A stretch of 64,000 bases of DNA from positions 124,001-188,000 of the forward strand of contig NW_026923709.1 in NCBI RefSeq assembly GCF_032062105.1, given 5' to 3'. The translations under genes and the position numbers were made by a program. The notes under the pieces were generated by a model, which worked only from the letters and a program-made list of their open reading frames with translations, was not told the origin of the DNA and ran no database searches. Of this stretch, positions 26,149 through 40,400 are shown piece by piece; positions within the stretch are counted from its first letter, which is position 1; the number at the start of each line of letters is the position of its first letter. This DNA is from Saccostrea cucullata. Its lineage: Eukaryota.

Positions 26149-27078
26149 ATGTGAGTAGTTTTTGAATGTGTGAAATGGACCATATCGTTGAAAAAATGAT
26201 TTTACGTGATCAGAGTTAAATGTAGATATCAATGTCAAAATGTATCATTTGTTTACAGTGAACGGAGGATGCAGTTTTTCCACTACAGGAACGGTTTTTA
26301 CCTTGAAAACATCTTTCCCTCTATCAATTAAAGATTTTTAGAACAATATAATTATGTGTGTGGTTTTTGTTTGTTTTTTTTTATTCGAAGTTTAGTACAT
26401 GTACCTCAAATGTAATATACAACTATTTTAATACGAACACGGATATTGCGAATTCACTGATAAAGCGAAGTTATCTTGGGTCCCCATCTATGAAAGTTTA
26501 ATGAATTCCTTATACGGATATAACGAATTACGGTTATAGCGAAGTAATTTCATAGGTCCCATTGACTTCGCTATAACTGAGTTTTACTGTAATCGTTAAA
26601 TTGTATACTTATTTTGTTATTAGACTTAAAGACTCTATTCAGACTGTTTTCAAATACATATAGTTATTTGATTGAGGCGTTTTTATACAATCTGTCAACA
26701 TTTATCACGTCAAGTCATGAGAATTACTGGTTTCGTCGAGATACACAAGATCTTATCTCTCTAGTCTGAAAATTATGATAACTATCTCGAACATAACGAA
26801 TGAAGAAATAATTTATATCGTATAACTGAATTAGTTGCGATGACAAGAACTGCCTCTTCACAAGCGCAAACACAATAATTTCCAATGCTTTATTTTTATA
26901 ACGTACATGTATAAGTAGAAATTTAGCGATTTGTCCTAAAAATTGGTATTTTATTTTTAGCGAGATGCAATATTAGCGATTTTAAAAATACTTAATCAAG
27001 AATCTATTACTAATAAAACACAATAAATATTAAGTGATATTCAATTTTAGCGATCTCAGCACCCTTGCTAATAATATA

Positions 27079-29049
27079 CGAGGGCTGTTCAATAAATAAT
27101 GTCCTCGGTGCTCAGAAAGAAGCTTTTCAATGATTTAGTCTTTATGATTTCACTTATATATAAATCTCTTTTAATTCAAACACATGCCCCTGACATTTTA
27201 TACAATTTCTGCTTGTTCTTAGAACTCAGTTTTGGGTATGACCCTTAGTATACTGGAAAATAGCAGATCCAATGATTTCCTGGAATTGTTTTTTCCTTCT
27301 GATAGGTGTTTTTTTTTCAAGTAAAAAGGTCAAAGATCTAGCAAATATTGTTAATGTGAAAAAACATTAACTTTCTGTTTATCCCGAAAACCCCTTTACT
27401 CTTCAGGTCATGCGGGTTTGGACGCTGTCATTAAGAAATTCAACTAGTTGATTCCTAATTCTGGGTCCTTCCTCTAATAAACCTTTGGATTTTTTTTGCA
27501 AACACATTGTTTTCTAGACTCAAATACTCAGATACTAGATTCTAGTCTCCTCGAATACGAATTTGAACAACAGTACCACTAATATTCAAGAAAATTGCAT
27601 ATAAATCTGTCTTTGTGCTCTTGCAAACATTTGCTTTTGTCAAACATTCGCAATTTTTATGCGCCCGGATCGAAAGATCCGAGGCGTATATTGTTTTTGT
27701 CCTGTCTGTCTGTCTGTCTGTTTGTCTGTTTGTCTGCAAACTTTAACCTTGGCCATAACTTTTGAACCATGAATTATAGAAACTTCATATTTGGTATGCC
27801 TTCTCCACTACTAAAGTTCTTTCAAATGACACCAAGATCAATGACCTTGTGACCTTGACTGTGACCTATATGCTAAAAATAGAGTTTTTTTTTGCACACT
27901 TTAACCTTGGCCATAACTTTTGAACCATGAATGATAGAAACTTCATATTTGGTATGCCTACTCCACTACAAAAGCTCTTTCAATTGACACCATGGTCAAT
28001 GACCTTGTGACCTTGATTGTGGCCTTTACGCTAAATATAGCTTTTTTGACGGCAATCTATAACCTTCGCCATATTTTTTGAATGAAGAAAGATAGAGACC
28101 TAATATTTGGCATGCATACTCCACCATTGAAGCCCTTTCACACGACAGCATGGTCAATGACCTTGTGACCTTGAATGTGTCTTACAGTATATGCTAAAAA
28201 TAGCTTTTTTTAAAAACCGTCACCATAACTTTTGAACCATTGAAGATAGAGACTTCATATTTGGCATGCATACTTCACTGATCAAGATCTTTCAAATGAC
28301 ACCATGATCAATGACCTTGTGACCTTCATTGTGACCTTTATGCTTAAAATATTTTTTTAAATTAGTTGACGCCGGGCGCATAGTGTTTTACAAACACATC
28401 TTGTTATCAAGTACATTTTATGGTAAATTTTGTTTTGATGAATTTAAGCAATAGATTCATGTTCCAATATCTGTTTGAATATAAAACAAACGTGGATAAC
28501 TACAATTACTGATTTTTAAAAATGTGTTAAGACTTTAGTACGCGCTGTCATTTCACTCTTTTTTTTTTTAAATATAGGGTGAACTTTGAGTACCAAGCTT
28601 TTATATTATTTGTTGAAATTTGGCGAACAGTACATAAGTTGTTATAATTTTTGTTGGCAAGGAGGTAACCCAGTTTTGACGCCCATTATATAATTTTTTT
28701 CATTGAAATCCACCTGCTCATTGTTTATAAATCAGGCATCGGTTGCTGTAAATGACACATATTTCAGTGAATATTTGTTTGGGATTTTTAACAAGTTTTA
28801 AAGCAGCTTTAATGTAGCCTTTATTTTCACTCTAGTTTACTGATTCTTTGCCATTCATTTATAATGCAGTGTCTCCAAAAGCCCTCGTTTCCCAGCTTTT
28901 CACGATGAAACTATGTGATGAAAAGTGGTCACATAAACTGTTATAAATTAAGTAAAGATTCAATAATGAGAGAAAGTCAAGTTTAATGTCATATCATATC
29001 TGTATTGTATGTCATACAGTTCAGGACATAATTTATTGAACAGCCCTCG
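27079..29049. mobile_element. mariner-type non-autonomous element (TA TSD), nested inside an older MITE (~26908-29092)
   Basis: TA|CGAGGGCTGTTCAATAAATAATGTCC ... GGACATAATTTATTGAACAGCCCTCG|TA; the flanks rejoin into a MITE with GTATAAGTAGAA / TTCTGCTTATAC ends. Confidence 0.8.
27655..28405 (-). mobile_element. HINE with 4 tandem ~140-150-bp units
   Basis: Terminal hairpin ATGCGCCCGGATCGAAAGATCCGAGGCGTAT, (TGTC)n, repeated AATGACCTTGTGACCTT unit, ends CACATCTTGTT. Confidence 0.8.
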
Positions 29050-29254
29050 TATGCCAAAATTAAATCCTCGCTAAGAATTCTGCTTATACAGCATTAGAGA
29101 GAAGTAAAATTTAACATTTCTTTAATATATCATGACATAGGGAGATTTTATCAATATAAAATTTATCAAAGGCTTTCAACAAAAAATATAGATGTAAAAA
29201 ACATGTATATAAATGTACATGTATAAAGTATTAAATTCTGTTGTATATGGTTAA

Positions 29255-30114
29255 GGACATTGGCAAGTCACGGTTATCCGGAGAAAAAAGGTTTATATCA
29301 TGGGTTTATTCACTTATAAAACTGTGATTGAGAGTGATCTCCCGTGTAGAATTCTCTATGAAATGAAAACCAACAAAGCGTATTTTACAAAGGTAAACAA
29401 AAGCACATGTGCTTCCTTCAACGGGTAGAATCATCTCTACAGCAAGAAAGAAAAACGATGATTGTTTTGTTGTACATTGTGTTCAGGGACAGACAGTAAA
29501 CATTGGTCAACAGACCGTTATTTACCGTATACCCATGCTGGGAAGGACAATCAAGATATGACAAATGCTGAGAACCTGTAACTAAATGAGGTCGTGCATT
29601 TGGCACCATTTAACATGTAGTAATTGTAAACAAATATAAAAGAAATCTATGCCAATATTTTTATGAAAATTTGTTTCCAATATGGTAAATTACTTAGCAT
29701 AAACAGTCAAACAGTCTTTACCATAATGAATACGTTTTAGATTCTAAGGTAAGTAACTCTAAAATAATGAACAGTGTTGGTAGATCTGTGTCATGTTTCT
29801 AAATTTGTGTTTTCAGTCATGATATCTAGATATGATTGGAAATTAGGATACAATAATGTATATAATATATACACTTTCTGAAATGACTGGATTTTGGAAA
29901 ATTTTTGTGGTAAAAAATTTAGTAGGTCCTTTTTATCAACATTTTACATAGGAAATGCATTGAGAATTGTAAAAACATTGATTTGAAAAAATCTAATAAG
30001 GAAGGGTGGCTTGGTGGGTTAAATGTACCAGAATATAACATGTTTATTATCATTACACCTGTTCAAGAGTTCTTGAAAAAATCTATACAAAAGCCAGGAA
30101 CCTTGCCAATGTCC
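29255..30114. mobile_element. Kolobok-type non-autonomous element (TTAA TSD)
   Basis: TTAA|GGACATTGGCAAG ... CTTGCCAATGTCC|TTAA. Confidence 0.8.
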
Positions 30115-30661
30115 TTAAAGAGAAAAAAAACATATTAAAGGAGGATGTGGGAGGGAGGTGATAAGTTTGATTGTCCCTATTGAAGCAAACATCAATTCTA
30201 ATTAATTTATTCGAATTAATATTAAATTAAATCTACTATTATATGCAAGTCTAGTAATAATTAAACATTTTTTCTTACTAATATATAAATAAAAAAAATA
30301 TCACTATTTTTGAAATAAAAAATGTACTATCAAAGTTTACATTGACGGTGAGTATATAAGCCTTATAGTTTCTTGGTGATAGACCTGCACCCATAACTTT
30401 TACCTGGTCAATTATCTGAAAAATGTATGACGAATTCAGCAATCGAAGCAAGTCCATTAGTGTGCATCCTTATATGTATTATCAATGCAAAGTTTGCTCA
30501 ACATAGGGTATTGTTATATCTTTAAAAAATTGTTCCTATATAAATCTATACAAAAAAAAGTCATTTTCATTCGTTGGTGTTAAGCAGTGACGGTCCTGAT
30601 GTTACATCACGGAATATAGTACAAAATTCATGTATGTCAAAAAATAAAATAAAATGTAAGG

Positions 30662-30821
30662 TATAACAAAACAATTATTGACAGAGTTCTCAGGCAAAAT
30701 GCGTTTTGTCGGACCCTCGACCCAAACTGTCTGCCTTCAGCCTAACAGCCTCAGGCAGACAGTTTGGTTCTTGGGTCCGACAAAACGCATGTTGCCCTCG
30801 AACTCAGTAAATAAATGTATA
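30662..30821. repeat. ~160-bp hairpin element
   Basis: ATGCGTTTTGTCGGACCC...AAACTGTCTGCCT / AGGCAGACAGTTT...GGGTCCGACAAAACGCAT; same outer frame as the 9156-9311 hairpin. Confidence 0.75.
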
Positions 30822-31073
30822 CAGTTACTTGGAAATGAAACCTGCACAAAAACTTTAACCTGTTTACTCATCCGGAAATGTAGGTCAGATTCAGCATCCG
30901 AAGCAAGCCTGGTAGTGTGCATCCTTAGATGTATCATCCATGCCAGTTTGGTCATAATAGTGCTCATAGTTACTTGGATATGAAACCTGCACCAAAAACT
31001 TTAATCTTTAAAATGTAGGTCAAATCCAGCATCCGAATCAAATTTGGTAGTGTGCATCCTTAGATGTATTATC

Positions 31074-32393
31074 CACAGGTACTTGTGGACAGGACCCCCC
31101 CCCCCCCCGATATTCAACCCCGGGGCTTATTGGACATTTTTTAAAAAAGATTATATTTATTACACTTATTCATCATGTGTACAATATGAAAACAAGAGGC
31201 CCAGGGGCCACAGCGCTCACCTGAGCACATCGGGCTTGAATTTATCCCCCCCTCCAGGCATTCATCATTTGAACAAACTAGAATCTACACTACCTGAGGA
31301 TGATTCCTTATAAATATCACTAATCATAGCTTTGAAGTACTTGAAAAGAAGATTTTAAAAGGTTTCCCTTTATATCCCTATGTAAATCTCTGGTCGGCCA
31401 TTTTGGCCTCATCCTAGCCCCAGGGGTCATGATTTGAACAAATTTGAATCTACACTACCTGAGGATGATTCCACATGAGTTTCATCTTTCCTGGCCCAGT
31501 GATTCGTGAGAAGAAGATTTTTAAAGATTTTTCCTATATATTCCTATGTAAAACTCGGGTCAGCCATTTTGGCCCCACCCTTGCCCTGGGGGTCATCATT
31601 TGAATAAACTTGAATCCAACTACTCTTATTCCACAAGAGTTTCATCTTTCTTAGCCCAGTGGTTCTTGAGAAGAAGATTTTTAAAGATTTTTCCAATATA
31701 TTCCTATGTAAAACTTGGGTCGGCCATTTTGGCACCACCCTTGCCCCGGGGGTCATGATTTGAACAAACTTGAATCTACACTACCTGAGGATGATTCCAC
31801 ATGAGTTTAATCTTTCCTGGCCCAGTGGTTCTGGAGAAAAAGATTTTTCCTATATATTCCTATATAAAAATTGGGTCGGCCATTTTGGCCCCACCCTTGC
31901 CCCGGGGGTCATCATTTGAACAAACTTGAATCTACACTACCTGAGGATGATTCCACAAGAGTTTCATCTTTCCTGGCCAAGTGGTTCTAGAGAAGAAGAT
32001 TTTTAAAGATTTTTCCTATATATTCCTATGTAAAATTTGGGTCAGCCATTTTGGCCCCACCCTTGCCCCGGGGGTCATGATTTGAACAAACTTGATTCTA
32101 CACTACCTGAGGATGATTCCATATGAGTTTCATCTTTCCTGGCCAAGTGGTTCTTGAGAAGAAGATTTTTAAAGATTTTTCCTATACATTCCTATGTAAA
32201 ACTTGGGTCGGCCATTTTGGCCCCACCCTTGCCCCGGGGGTCATGATTTGAACAAACTTAAATCTACACTACCTGACGATGCTTTCACATGAGTTTCATC
32301 TTTCCTGGCCTAGTGGTTCTTGAGGAGAAGATTTTTTAAAACTGCCATTAATTTTTAACAAATTCATGATTATCTCCCCTTGGAAAAGGGCAT

Positions 32394-32436
<43 letters not shown>

Positions 32437-32437
32437 A

Positions 32438-32508
<71 letters not shown>

Positions 32509-32550
32509 ACGACAACGCCAACGACGACGACAACGACAACAACGCCGACA

Positions 32551-32612
<62 letters not shown>

Positions 32613-32857
32613 TCGTCAAAACCCCAAAACAATCGCTCCACAAAAAGAAATACCCCACTATACATTATAAGGGACCTTATAATGTATAGTGGGGTATTTT
32701 TTTCTGGAGCGATTGTATGGGGTTTTGACGATTTTTTCATATTGTACACATGATGAATAAGTGTAATAAATATAATTTTTGAAAAAAAATGTCCAATAAG
32801 CCCCGGGGTTGAATATCGGGGGGGGGGGGGGGGGGGTCCTGTCCACAAGTACCTGTG
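31074..32857. mobile_element. Fully palindromic foldback MITE, CACAGG...CCTGTG termini, 8-bp TSD (P/hAT-like), split by a HINE
   Basis: TSD GTATTATC at 31066-31073 and 32858-32865; arms 31074-31190 plus 32611-32670 versus 32675-32857 are reverse complements. Related half copy at ~40227-40431. Confidence 0.85.
31191..32610 (+). mobile_element. CvA/Cg170-type HINE with ~7 tandem ~166-bp satellite units
   Basis: Same termini as 18448-19096; unit TCATGATTTGAACAAACTTGAATCTACACTACCTGAGG...; (ACG/ACA)n microsatellite; inserted in an A-run. Confidence 0.9.
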
Positions 32858-33817
32858 GTATTATCCATGCAAGTTTGTTCAATATAGGACTTGGAAATGA
32901 GACCTACGCCAAAAATGTTAACCGCTCCAAAACATTAACCTGTCATTCCTTTGCTGAAATTGCAGCATCTGTAACTTTGACCGATACAATGAAACACACA
33001 AGAAGCATCCTCCATGCATGTCTAATCAATATAGGGCATATGAGTTCTTAAAAAGAAAACTTTCTGCTCCAAAAAAAATTTAAAGAAAAAACATTAACCT
33101 GGGACGCCGACACCGACGGTATCTCATAAGCTCCCCCAACTTCGTTGATGCGAGCTACAAATGACTTTTAACATAAGAAATGTTGTTCTTTTTTCACTGC
33201 ACATGTTATATTTCAATCTGCATACTTAGTCACAGGTTATATTCAAACTATTTTTGTTCAATAAAAGCATTCTGGCTTTATAAACAACTACATGACTGTA
33301 TATTCCAAATCCATGATAATATAAAAAAAAAGATGGTTTGGTAACTCCTCGTTTAGAATATTGCATTTATATAATTTTTTTGAAAATCCCGTCTTCTAAC
33401 ATGTGTTGGAAGTCTATTGGACTATTTCTGTCCTATTATCTGTATTCTTATAGAGCAGTTTTAAAAATCTTCAACATAAAAATGAAGTATCGATCCTGCC
33501 GATCGAGACATTCAGATATTTTTACAGTCACATGCAGACATTTATCAATAGAAAATGTTGAAAACATTGGTTGCAAATGACTAATTTACTTTATATATAT
33601 TAATTTTGCATGTAATCATGGCTTCCTTTGGTCAAACTTGACGTTTGGGTTACACAACTCAAACAAATTGTTTTGCATGTGTACAAATTTATACATTTTA
33701 CCTACTTTATTATGTTTATCTTCTTTAAAATATACTGTATATATATTCTTGTAACACTGGAAGTATAAAAATCTATGTTATAAAAATGAGAAAGCACTTT
33801 TTATTATTATTAAGACT

Positions 33818-36800
33818 TCATTTCCTGGTTCTGTCTATTTCCTCAATTTTATCCCGTAATATCTGCAGCCAGTCTTCGCCTTTATTCATGTCTTTGTATT
33901 TTTGTTTGCTTTCAAAAATCTTTGCAACTCGTGGATCACGTGTATATGGAATGGAGGCTGATTGAAGCGCCTCTTCGAACTTGATGACAGAGGCTGTTGC
34001 TATAACAACGCGGATTTTCTTATCCTCTGGATTTCTGTTCATCAAGGAAAGAACAGAGATAACTTTTTGAATTACTGTAGTTTATGATTCATATAGGATT
34101 TTTTTTTAACATTTGAATTTCTTTGACAATTACAATTAACTTTTTGACATAAAGCACAAGTCATGCTTAATACTTTAAAACATTGTCTTTAATGTATGCT
34201 TGCAAATGACTTTATGAAACCTGAGTACCTTTGCATTTGGTAATAGTGATATCCTACTCCTACAGCTGTATGGGGGCACAAAAGATACTCATGCGAATCC
34301 CAAGTTTTTTTCATCGTCTGTCGGACAACGTCGTCAGATGCTACAAATGTGTCCACTATAACGTTTCGTACAGCTTCTGAAATTTCTTCGGGAACCGTGA
34401 CACTTCCAGTATCCTCAAACTCTTTCATGAGTTTCTTAATCAATGCACAATCCCCACCAGACATTACATACCATATCCTCTCCATGTTATATGGGATCTA
34501 TTGTATTAAATTTATCAGTCTTAGATTAATACTAGTCGTGAGCCAGCTTGAAACGCTGATCATTTTAATCATCAAATTGGTTGGTAGTGCATTAATCTTT
34601 GAAAACTTGGTGCATCACCGCAACAAAACAAACATGCATTATTGCGTTCAGAACTGTTTGATTCTATATGTCTTTCTTCTTTTTTCATTGTTTCCTACTT
34701 TTATAGTTTATTTTGAAAACTATGCATTACGAATTTAAAAATTATTTCACCTGTATATCCATAGCAGGAGCTAATGTTGGGATCACGTGATCAGCTATTA
34801 CGTAATCTCCGGTTTTAACCGTTCGTGCGACTATGTCATTTTCTGTTACTGCGCAAACAAACTCTAATGGCACTCCCATCTCTCTTGCAATAATTCCAGC
34901 TATAATAATCAAAAGCTAAAATTATTAATCACATAGAATGAAGAATGAAATCATGCCTTATATACATGTATTTATTAAATTTCAACCGTCCTCCACTTTG
35001 AAAATGTTGATATTACTTTTTTAATACAGCATGTTAAAAATATCTTTAACAAAAGAACCTTTTATATTCCAGGGTATAATTGAATTTTACAATTTGTACA
35101 TTATAAGCAGTAACGTGACAAAGCTTTTCTAGTTATAATTTTCTTCAAATCTCATATGAGATCGGAGACCCGAAAGGAAGCTACTAAGGAAGATTGAGTT
35201 TCGTGAAATGCTTCTGGCTTGGCCAATGTGATAATGAATACGAATTTAACTCACACGTGACGTTCCCACAAGCACCTGTTGGTACAACTATTTGTACAAC
35301 GTCATCGCAGGAAGGACACATCTGAATGTACAATTGAACATGCATGATTGAATTAATCCTATTTCCTGGGCACAAGGATCGATGATTGGTGTTCTAGAAT
35401 TAACTATATTGGACTCAAAGAAAAAAAATGTTCTTAAAAATGTTAGCATATGCAACCGTTTTTCATAGCTAAGAAAAGTGAATTTATCCTGCCAAAAAAT
35501 TGACAAGACAAGAAAATAATTGGTCTTCACTTGTTAAAATGTATCATGTATCCACAGAATACTGTATAAACATACAACTGACCTGGAGGTAGGCGTATAT
35601 GTAGTGGACAGTCTGAACCATGATCCGCGCCCAGTTGATGGAATTTATTGATGACAAATTGTGTTGCTTTGTAAATGCATGGTCTTGGAAGCACAGCTTA
35701 ATTGGAATGTCTAAGTCATCTGAGGTTCCGTCCACTGTATCCAAATAGCACAAATCACGTTAAAGGTTTGCCAACCAGTAGTCTCTTCCAAGACTGCTGA
35801 GAGCGCTATTGGTTTGTACTTTGATTTGAAGCATTGCAATAGCAATGAATAGAATAATCATGATCCTTGATTTAGTCTCTTTTTGCAGCAAGATTTATTG
35901 CAATCAGAATAAAGTGACGAAGATTAGTAGTCTTTTTTTTTTTTAACAAAATCGATTTTTATAACCATGACTAATTCATTCATCAATTTTCACATTAATT
36001 TTGCAAATATTTTTCATAGATGAACCTATGTTTAATTCTGTATGAACTTATTTAGGGGTCAGATTTCAATGTGTAGTGAACATCCATCCTGTGTATGTTG
36101 CGTTACAGTTCAGTAAGTTGTCCTTAAGGAGTTTGTAAGAATATATTTACATTTCCAATGTCTTTGTCCGAGATAAAATTACCAGTTGTAAATGTAATTG
36201 ATTTCCTCATGAATGTTTTGGCGCGGTTCCAAAAAAAAACCACGTGCAGGGCGGGACAACACCTAGAGAGAAGCAGGCTTTGAGCCCGTGGATTGGCGGA
36301 ATCAAAGCATGTAAATATAAGGAATAACTGTCAGATTTTTCGAATTCATGAAGATGATCAATGGATTGGCTTGTGTGATAATTTTATGCATAAACGCCTT
36401 CGGCGTTTATGCAAATTATCACACAAGCCAATCCATTGATCACTTCATGAATTCGAAAAATAAGACAGTTATTCCTTAAATAAAGCGGATATACCTCTGT
36501 ACACATGTACGTTGTCATCCAATACCGTCGTCATTTGGAGCTCTTGTATCTGAGAACAGCGCCCTCTGGGAAGAAGTACCACAATGTCAACCCATTGCTG
36601 ACCTCTGACGGCTTCAATGGCTGCACTTCCGGTATCGCCAGATGTTCCTGGATAAAAGTATGACAGGATCTTAAATGCACGAATTGGAATTAGACTGCGA
36701 TATGATAGTCTCTGTATCGAAAAAGAATGTGCTTGACAAATACCAATAGCAATAAAGAAATATTTCATAGTGGATTTTTATCCGCCAAGTACTCAAATAC

Positions 36801-37462
36801 TGATCTTTATATTCGATACTCTAGTCTTTCGATGGGTACCGAGTACTCGAGTTCAATAACTGATTATTAATTGACTTATTTATTTTTAAAGATTGTAGTC
36901 TCGTCATACCAACAAGAATATTAAGATGCTTCTTCCTTTTGGATAAAAAGTATTGAAGAAATTGGCCAACACAAGACAAAGCCAAGTCCTTGAATGCCCA
37001 GGTGGGTCCATGAAACAGCTCCATAACATTCAAACCATCCGGAAGTCGCTTTATTGGCGTAATTTCCGGAACAGAAAACCGAGAAAATGCACTGTCAATG
37101 AGATCTAATTGAAAAAAATATCAGTTTAAGTCCATATATTACATAAATGGATTTCATTTCATTTAAAAAAGTATAAAATAATAAATTAATGTACCTTTTG
37201 TAAAAATAAATAAATATATGAGGAATTTTGAAAACTTGCCATTTAGCATGGAGGACGGGATTTCATCTTCGCTTACATAGAGAGGGATGATTTTTTTCGC
37301 CAACTGTACGTACGAAAGGCTGGCCCAAGATTTCAAAACCTTTGAATCTATTTTCGGAATTGTCTCTGGAAGAAGAATTCCTCCATCTTCTGCATAACCT
37401 GTGTACAAAGCCTCTTCAAATGTAAGGTTTGTGACGTCACCACGAGTACTCTTGTACTTCAT
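33818..37462 (-). CDS. THNSL2: Threonine synthase-like 2 (PLP-dependent phospho-lyase)
   Basis: Coding exons 37462-37240, 37104-36910, 36647-36495, 35734-35583, 35321-35255, 34899-34751, 34497-34229 and 34034-33818, phases compatible. Motifs [23 protein letters not shown] (PLP lysine), [44 protein letters not shown]. Short N-terminus without a kinase-like domain favours THNSL2 over THNSL1. Confidence 0.95.
36318..36478. repeat. ~160-bp near-perfect hairpin in THNSL2 coding intron 3
   Basis: TAAGGAATAACTGTC...CATAAACGCC-TTC-GGCGTTTATG...GACAGTTATTCCTTA. Confidence 0.85.
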
Positions 37463-40400
37463 GACTTCGACAGGATCTGTGAAATTCAAGGATCAGGTCA
37501 TGAAAAAAAAAAGGATATTGGAGTAAAAAAAATAATAAAACGTTTCAAAGATAATATGCTAACAGGGTTTACTGAAATATAACTCGCATACTAGTACTCC
37601 TATTTTATGACAACGTATTTGTATTGAGATTTGGAAGAAATAACTTTTATTTGTCTGTCTGTCTGTTCATTGATTTTAAATGCCTTCTAAATGGTTGTGG
37701 CTAGGACCTCTATGTATAAATTTGTTAAACTTTGCACAAATCACTGAGCACGGACTGTGACAATACTGGTGAGTTGGTTTTGCTTTCTCGCATTTCTACC
37801 CTGAATTTTCTGAATTACAGTTTTTCATTAATACACAACAAATGCTGTAGGAACATTGATAAAAGTCATGATTTTACATCTAGGTTATGTTACTGTAATA
37901 TAGACTGTCGTTTCTTTGGCAACATTTTTCATGGAGGTGCACATGTACATTTAAAATTCAGCAGAATTAATGAGTAATATAAGTTATTGACCGCCATACT
38001 TTGTTACTCAAATACTTCATGTAAAAGTTATTTAAAAATGTAGGCACATTAAACCTTCTAGCTGTAAATTTTTCAAACATGACATTCCCAAACGACATAA
38101 TAAATTTATACCAAAACTATAATATTCTCAAACATGTCAAATGCATGATTGTATAATAATCTTGAATATAATATGAATATTGTGTCATATTTTGTCATTT
38201 ACTAAAATTTAGAAAATAAAATTGTATTAGATTGACATCAGATGAGCAGAATTTTTACATTAAAATCATCAATCGTCGTGCGTTGGACAACCTGTAAAAA
38301 TGATATTACTCCGGGATTAACTTTGTTAATGCATTACAGGTCAATGGATTATTCGATGATCAATACGAGTCAAAAAATGCCCCGACCATGGAATATTTGT
38401 GCAATTAACATGATTAATGTAACTTTAGATATTTTTGAAAAAAATGTTCAACATATTCAAGATTAAAAAGTTTTCATGAAAATTATCACAAAATAGCCTC
38501 ACAATAAAAAAAAAACAATAATTAGTACTCAAGCATTATAATTGAAATGAGTGTGGAAAGTTAGTCATGGAATTGCGTGTACATTGTACATAATGAAGAA
38601 TTTCTTTATTTACAGTACGTAACAGCTGAGTATATCGATCATGTACGTGTAATATATAGTCGTGTATCTCTGTATGTGCATCGGTTCATCTTGAAGAATG
38701 CACATTTTGCGAGGCAGATCGATCTACATTACTATATTATTCAGTAAAATATGATTATTAACTTACGATTTCCCTGACACGTAGAGTTTAACGTCGAAAA
38801 GTATAACACAGATTTCTTATCTCCATGTCCAATACATTGCTAGAAGCCTACGGTAACCAGTTGTGTACAAAATTCAGCATTTAAAATTAACAATTAAGAA
38901 AACTTTAAATAATTTAAGTTCATTCGTTTATAAATACGCGATGGGTTTCCTTTTTTCCGTCTATCCATTGGCGTGTCGGAAGCAAATTAAATTAAAATGG
39001 AGGGGGGGGGCTAATTGAACTAAAAACAATTTAATTTTCAGACCTGAAAAAACTTGACAAGCAAAATAAAAAAAAAAGGAAAATTGTTCTTTCATCAAAC
39101 ACGAAAATCCTTTTTCGTGGTGGTGGTGGTTCCTTCACTACAATAAAATCGTGCCTGTAAAAAGTGGGGGTTATAGACCTACGCCCGATTGCTCGATGCC
39201 TTTATATTATGTCTACCTTTGCAAAAAAAGGGGGGCTTAATCCACCTATATACTCACCCCCACCCCGGCCGGTTCCAACGCCTTTGCTAGCTATGTTACA
39301 TGTAGGTCTACTTATATTGACGTTGACCTTCGAGTTTAATTTGAATTTAAGGTAGGATTCTTCTCATATTTCTTGTATTTAAAAATTAATGAAATGTTCA
39401 CAGACTCAGATCAAGAGGACAATATCACTAAGTGTTGATATCAGTGAGATTAAATTTTACCGTTAAATATATTAGAGGCAAGGTCAAGTCAAGGTCATTA
39501 CCCTTTTCCTGGCATTGGGAATAAAAAAAATACTAGAAAAGTACTGTTTCCAATCATGCGATCCCTACTTGTTATTCAAAAGATTGAATGTTTTTTTCTC
39601 TTTGCATAAAAAGATACTGCCATAAAGGGCCTTTAAGACGATATATACCAAATTAACATAGATAATTTAAATAAAATGGAAATATGCTAATCCGAATTTC
39701 CTCTACTTTTGTTAATTTTTTTGGATATATTAGTTATTTTTATATCCTTCCTATATTTAACTTTTTTCTCATTTTCACATATAGTAAAGTCGTCACATAA
39801 AGGTACAAAATGATACATACGATTCATTTGCTGGCAAGTGTTTTGTGGTTTTTGTGGAAAAAAAATTTACTTGGCATTGGTCGCCATTTTACTTTCAGTA
39901 TGAATCCGCTTTTTAGATTTTATCTCTGGGGATATATTCTACATAAACATTAATTAGGAAACAGCCTTCTATAGGTAAAGCAAAAAAAAAAAATTCTTGC
40001 TTCAAATAAATTCAAAGGAAGCTTCCAAATTTTAATGAAAATCGATATTTATTCGTTCATGCAATGTACAATGTATACAAAGAAAAAATAAACACAATTT
40101 ATTTGCATGTATAATATATGCAAGTAATAAAATGTAAACAAAGGCACAGAAGTATATTTTCAGTACGTGTTTCATACTTAAAGATCTTTCGAGTTCGCGT
40201 CTTATAAAACTGTATTGAAAATATATCACAGGTTGTTTTGGACAAGACCCCCCCCCCCTTCGATATTCAACCTGGGGATATTGACATTTTATATCACAAG
40301 CTATGATATTAATTATATTTATCTATCGTGTGTATCATATTGTAAATCGGAGAAAAAAATTGCAAAATTTAATTATTCACCCCCCCCCCCCAACATCAAA

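Larger units (their letters stand above)
30360..33160 (+). mobile_element. Old HINE-like tandem-unit element hosting nested insertions
   Basis: TAGTGTGCATCCTTAGATGTAT.ATC unit repeated at ~30458, 30913 and 31048, continuing after 32865; ends with GACGCCGAC and hairpin AGCTCCCCCAACTTCGTTGATGCGAGCT. Left boundary is approximate. Confidence 0.55.

Noticed and set aside
30678-33051. Mirror-image ORF pairs (e.g. TGPPPPPIFNPGAYWTFF on both strands)
   Set aside because: Produced by palindromic MITE/hairpin sequence, not genes.
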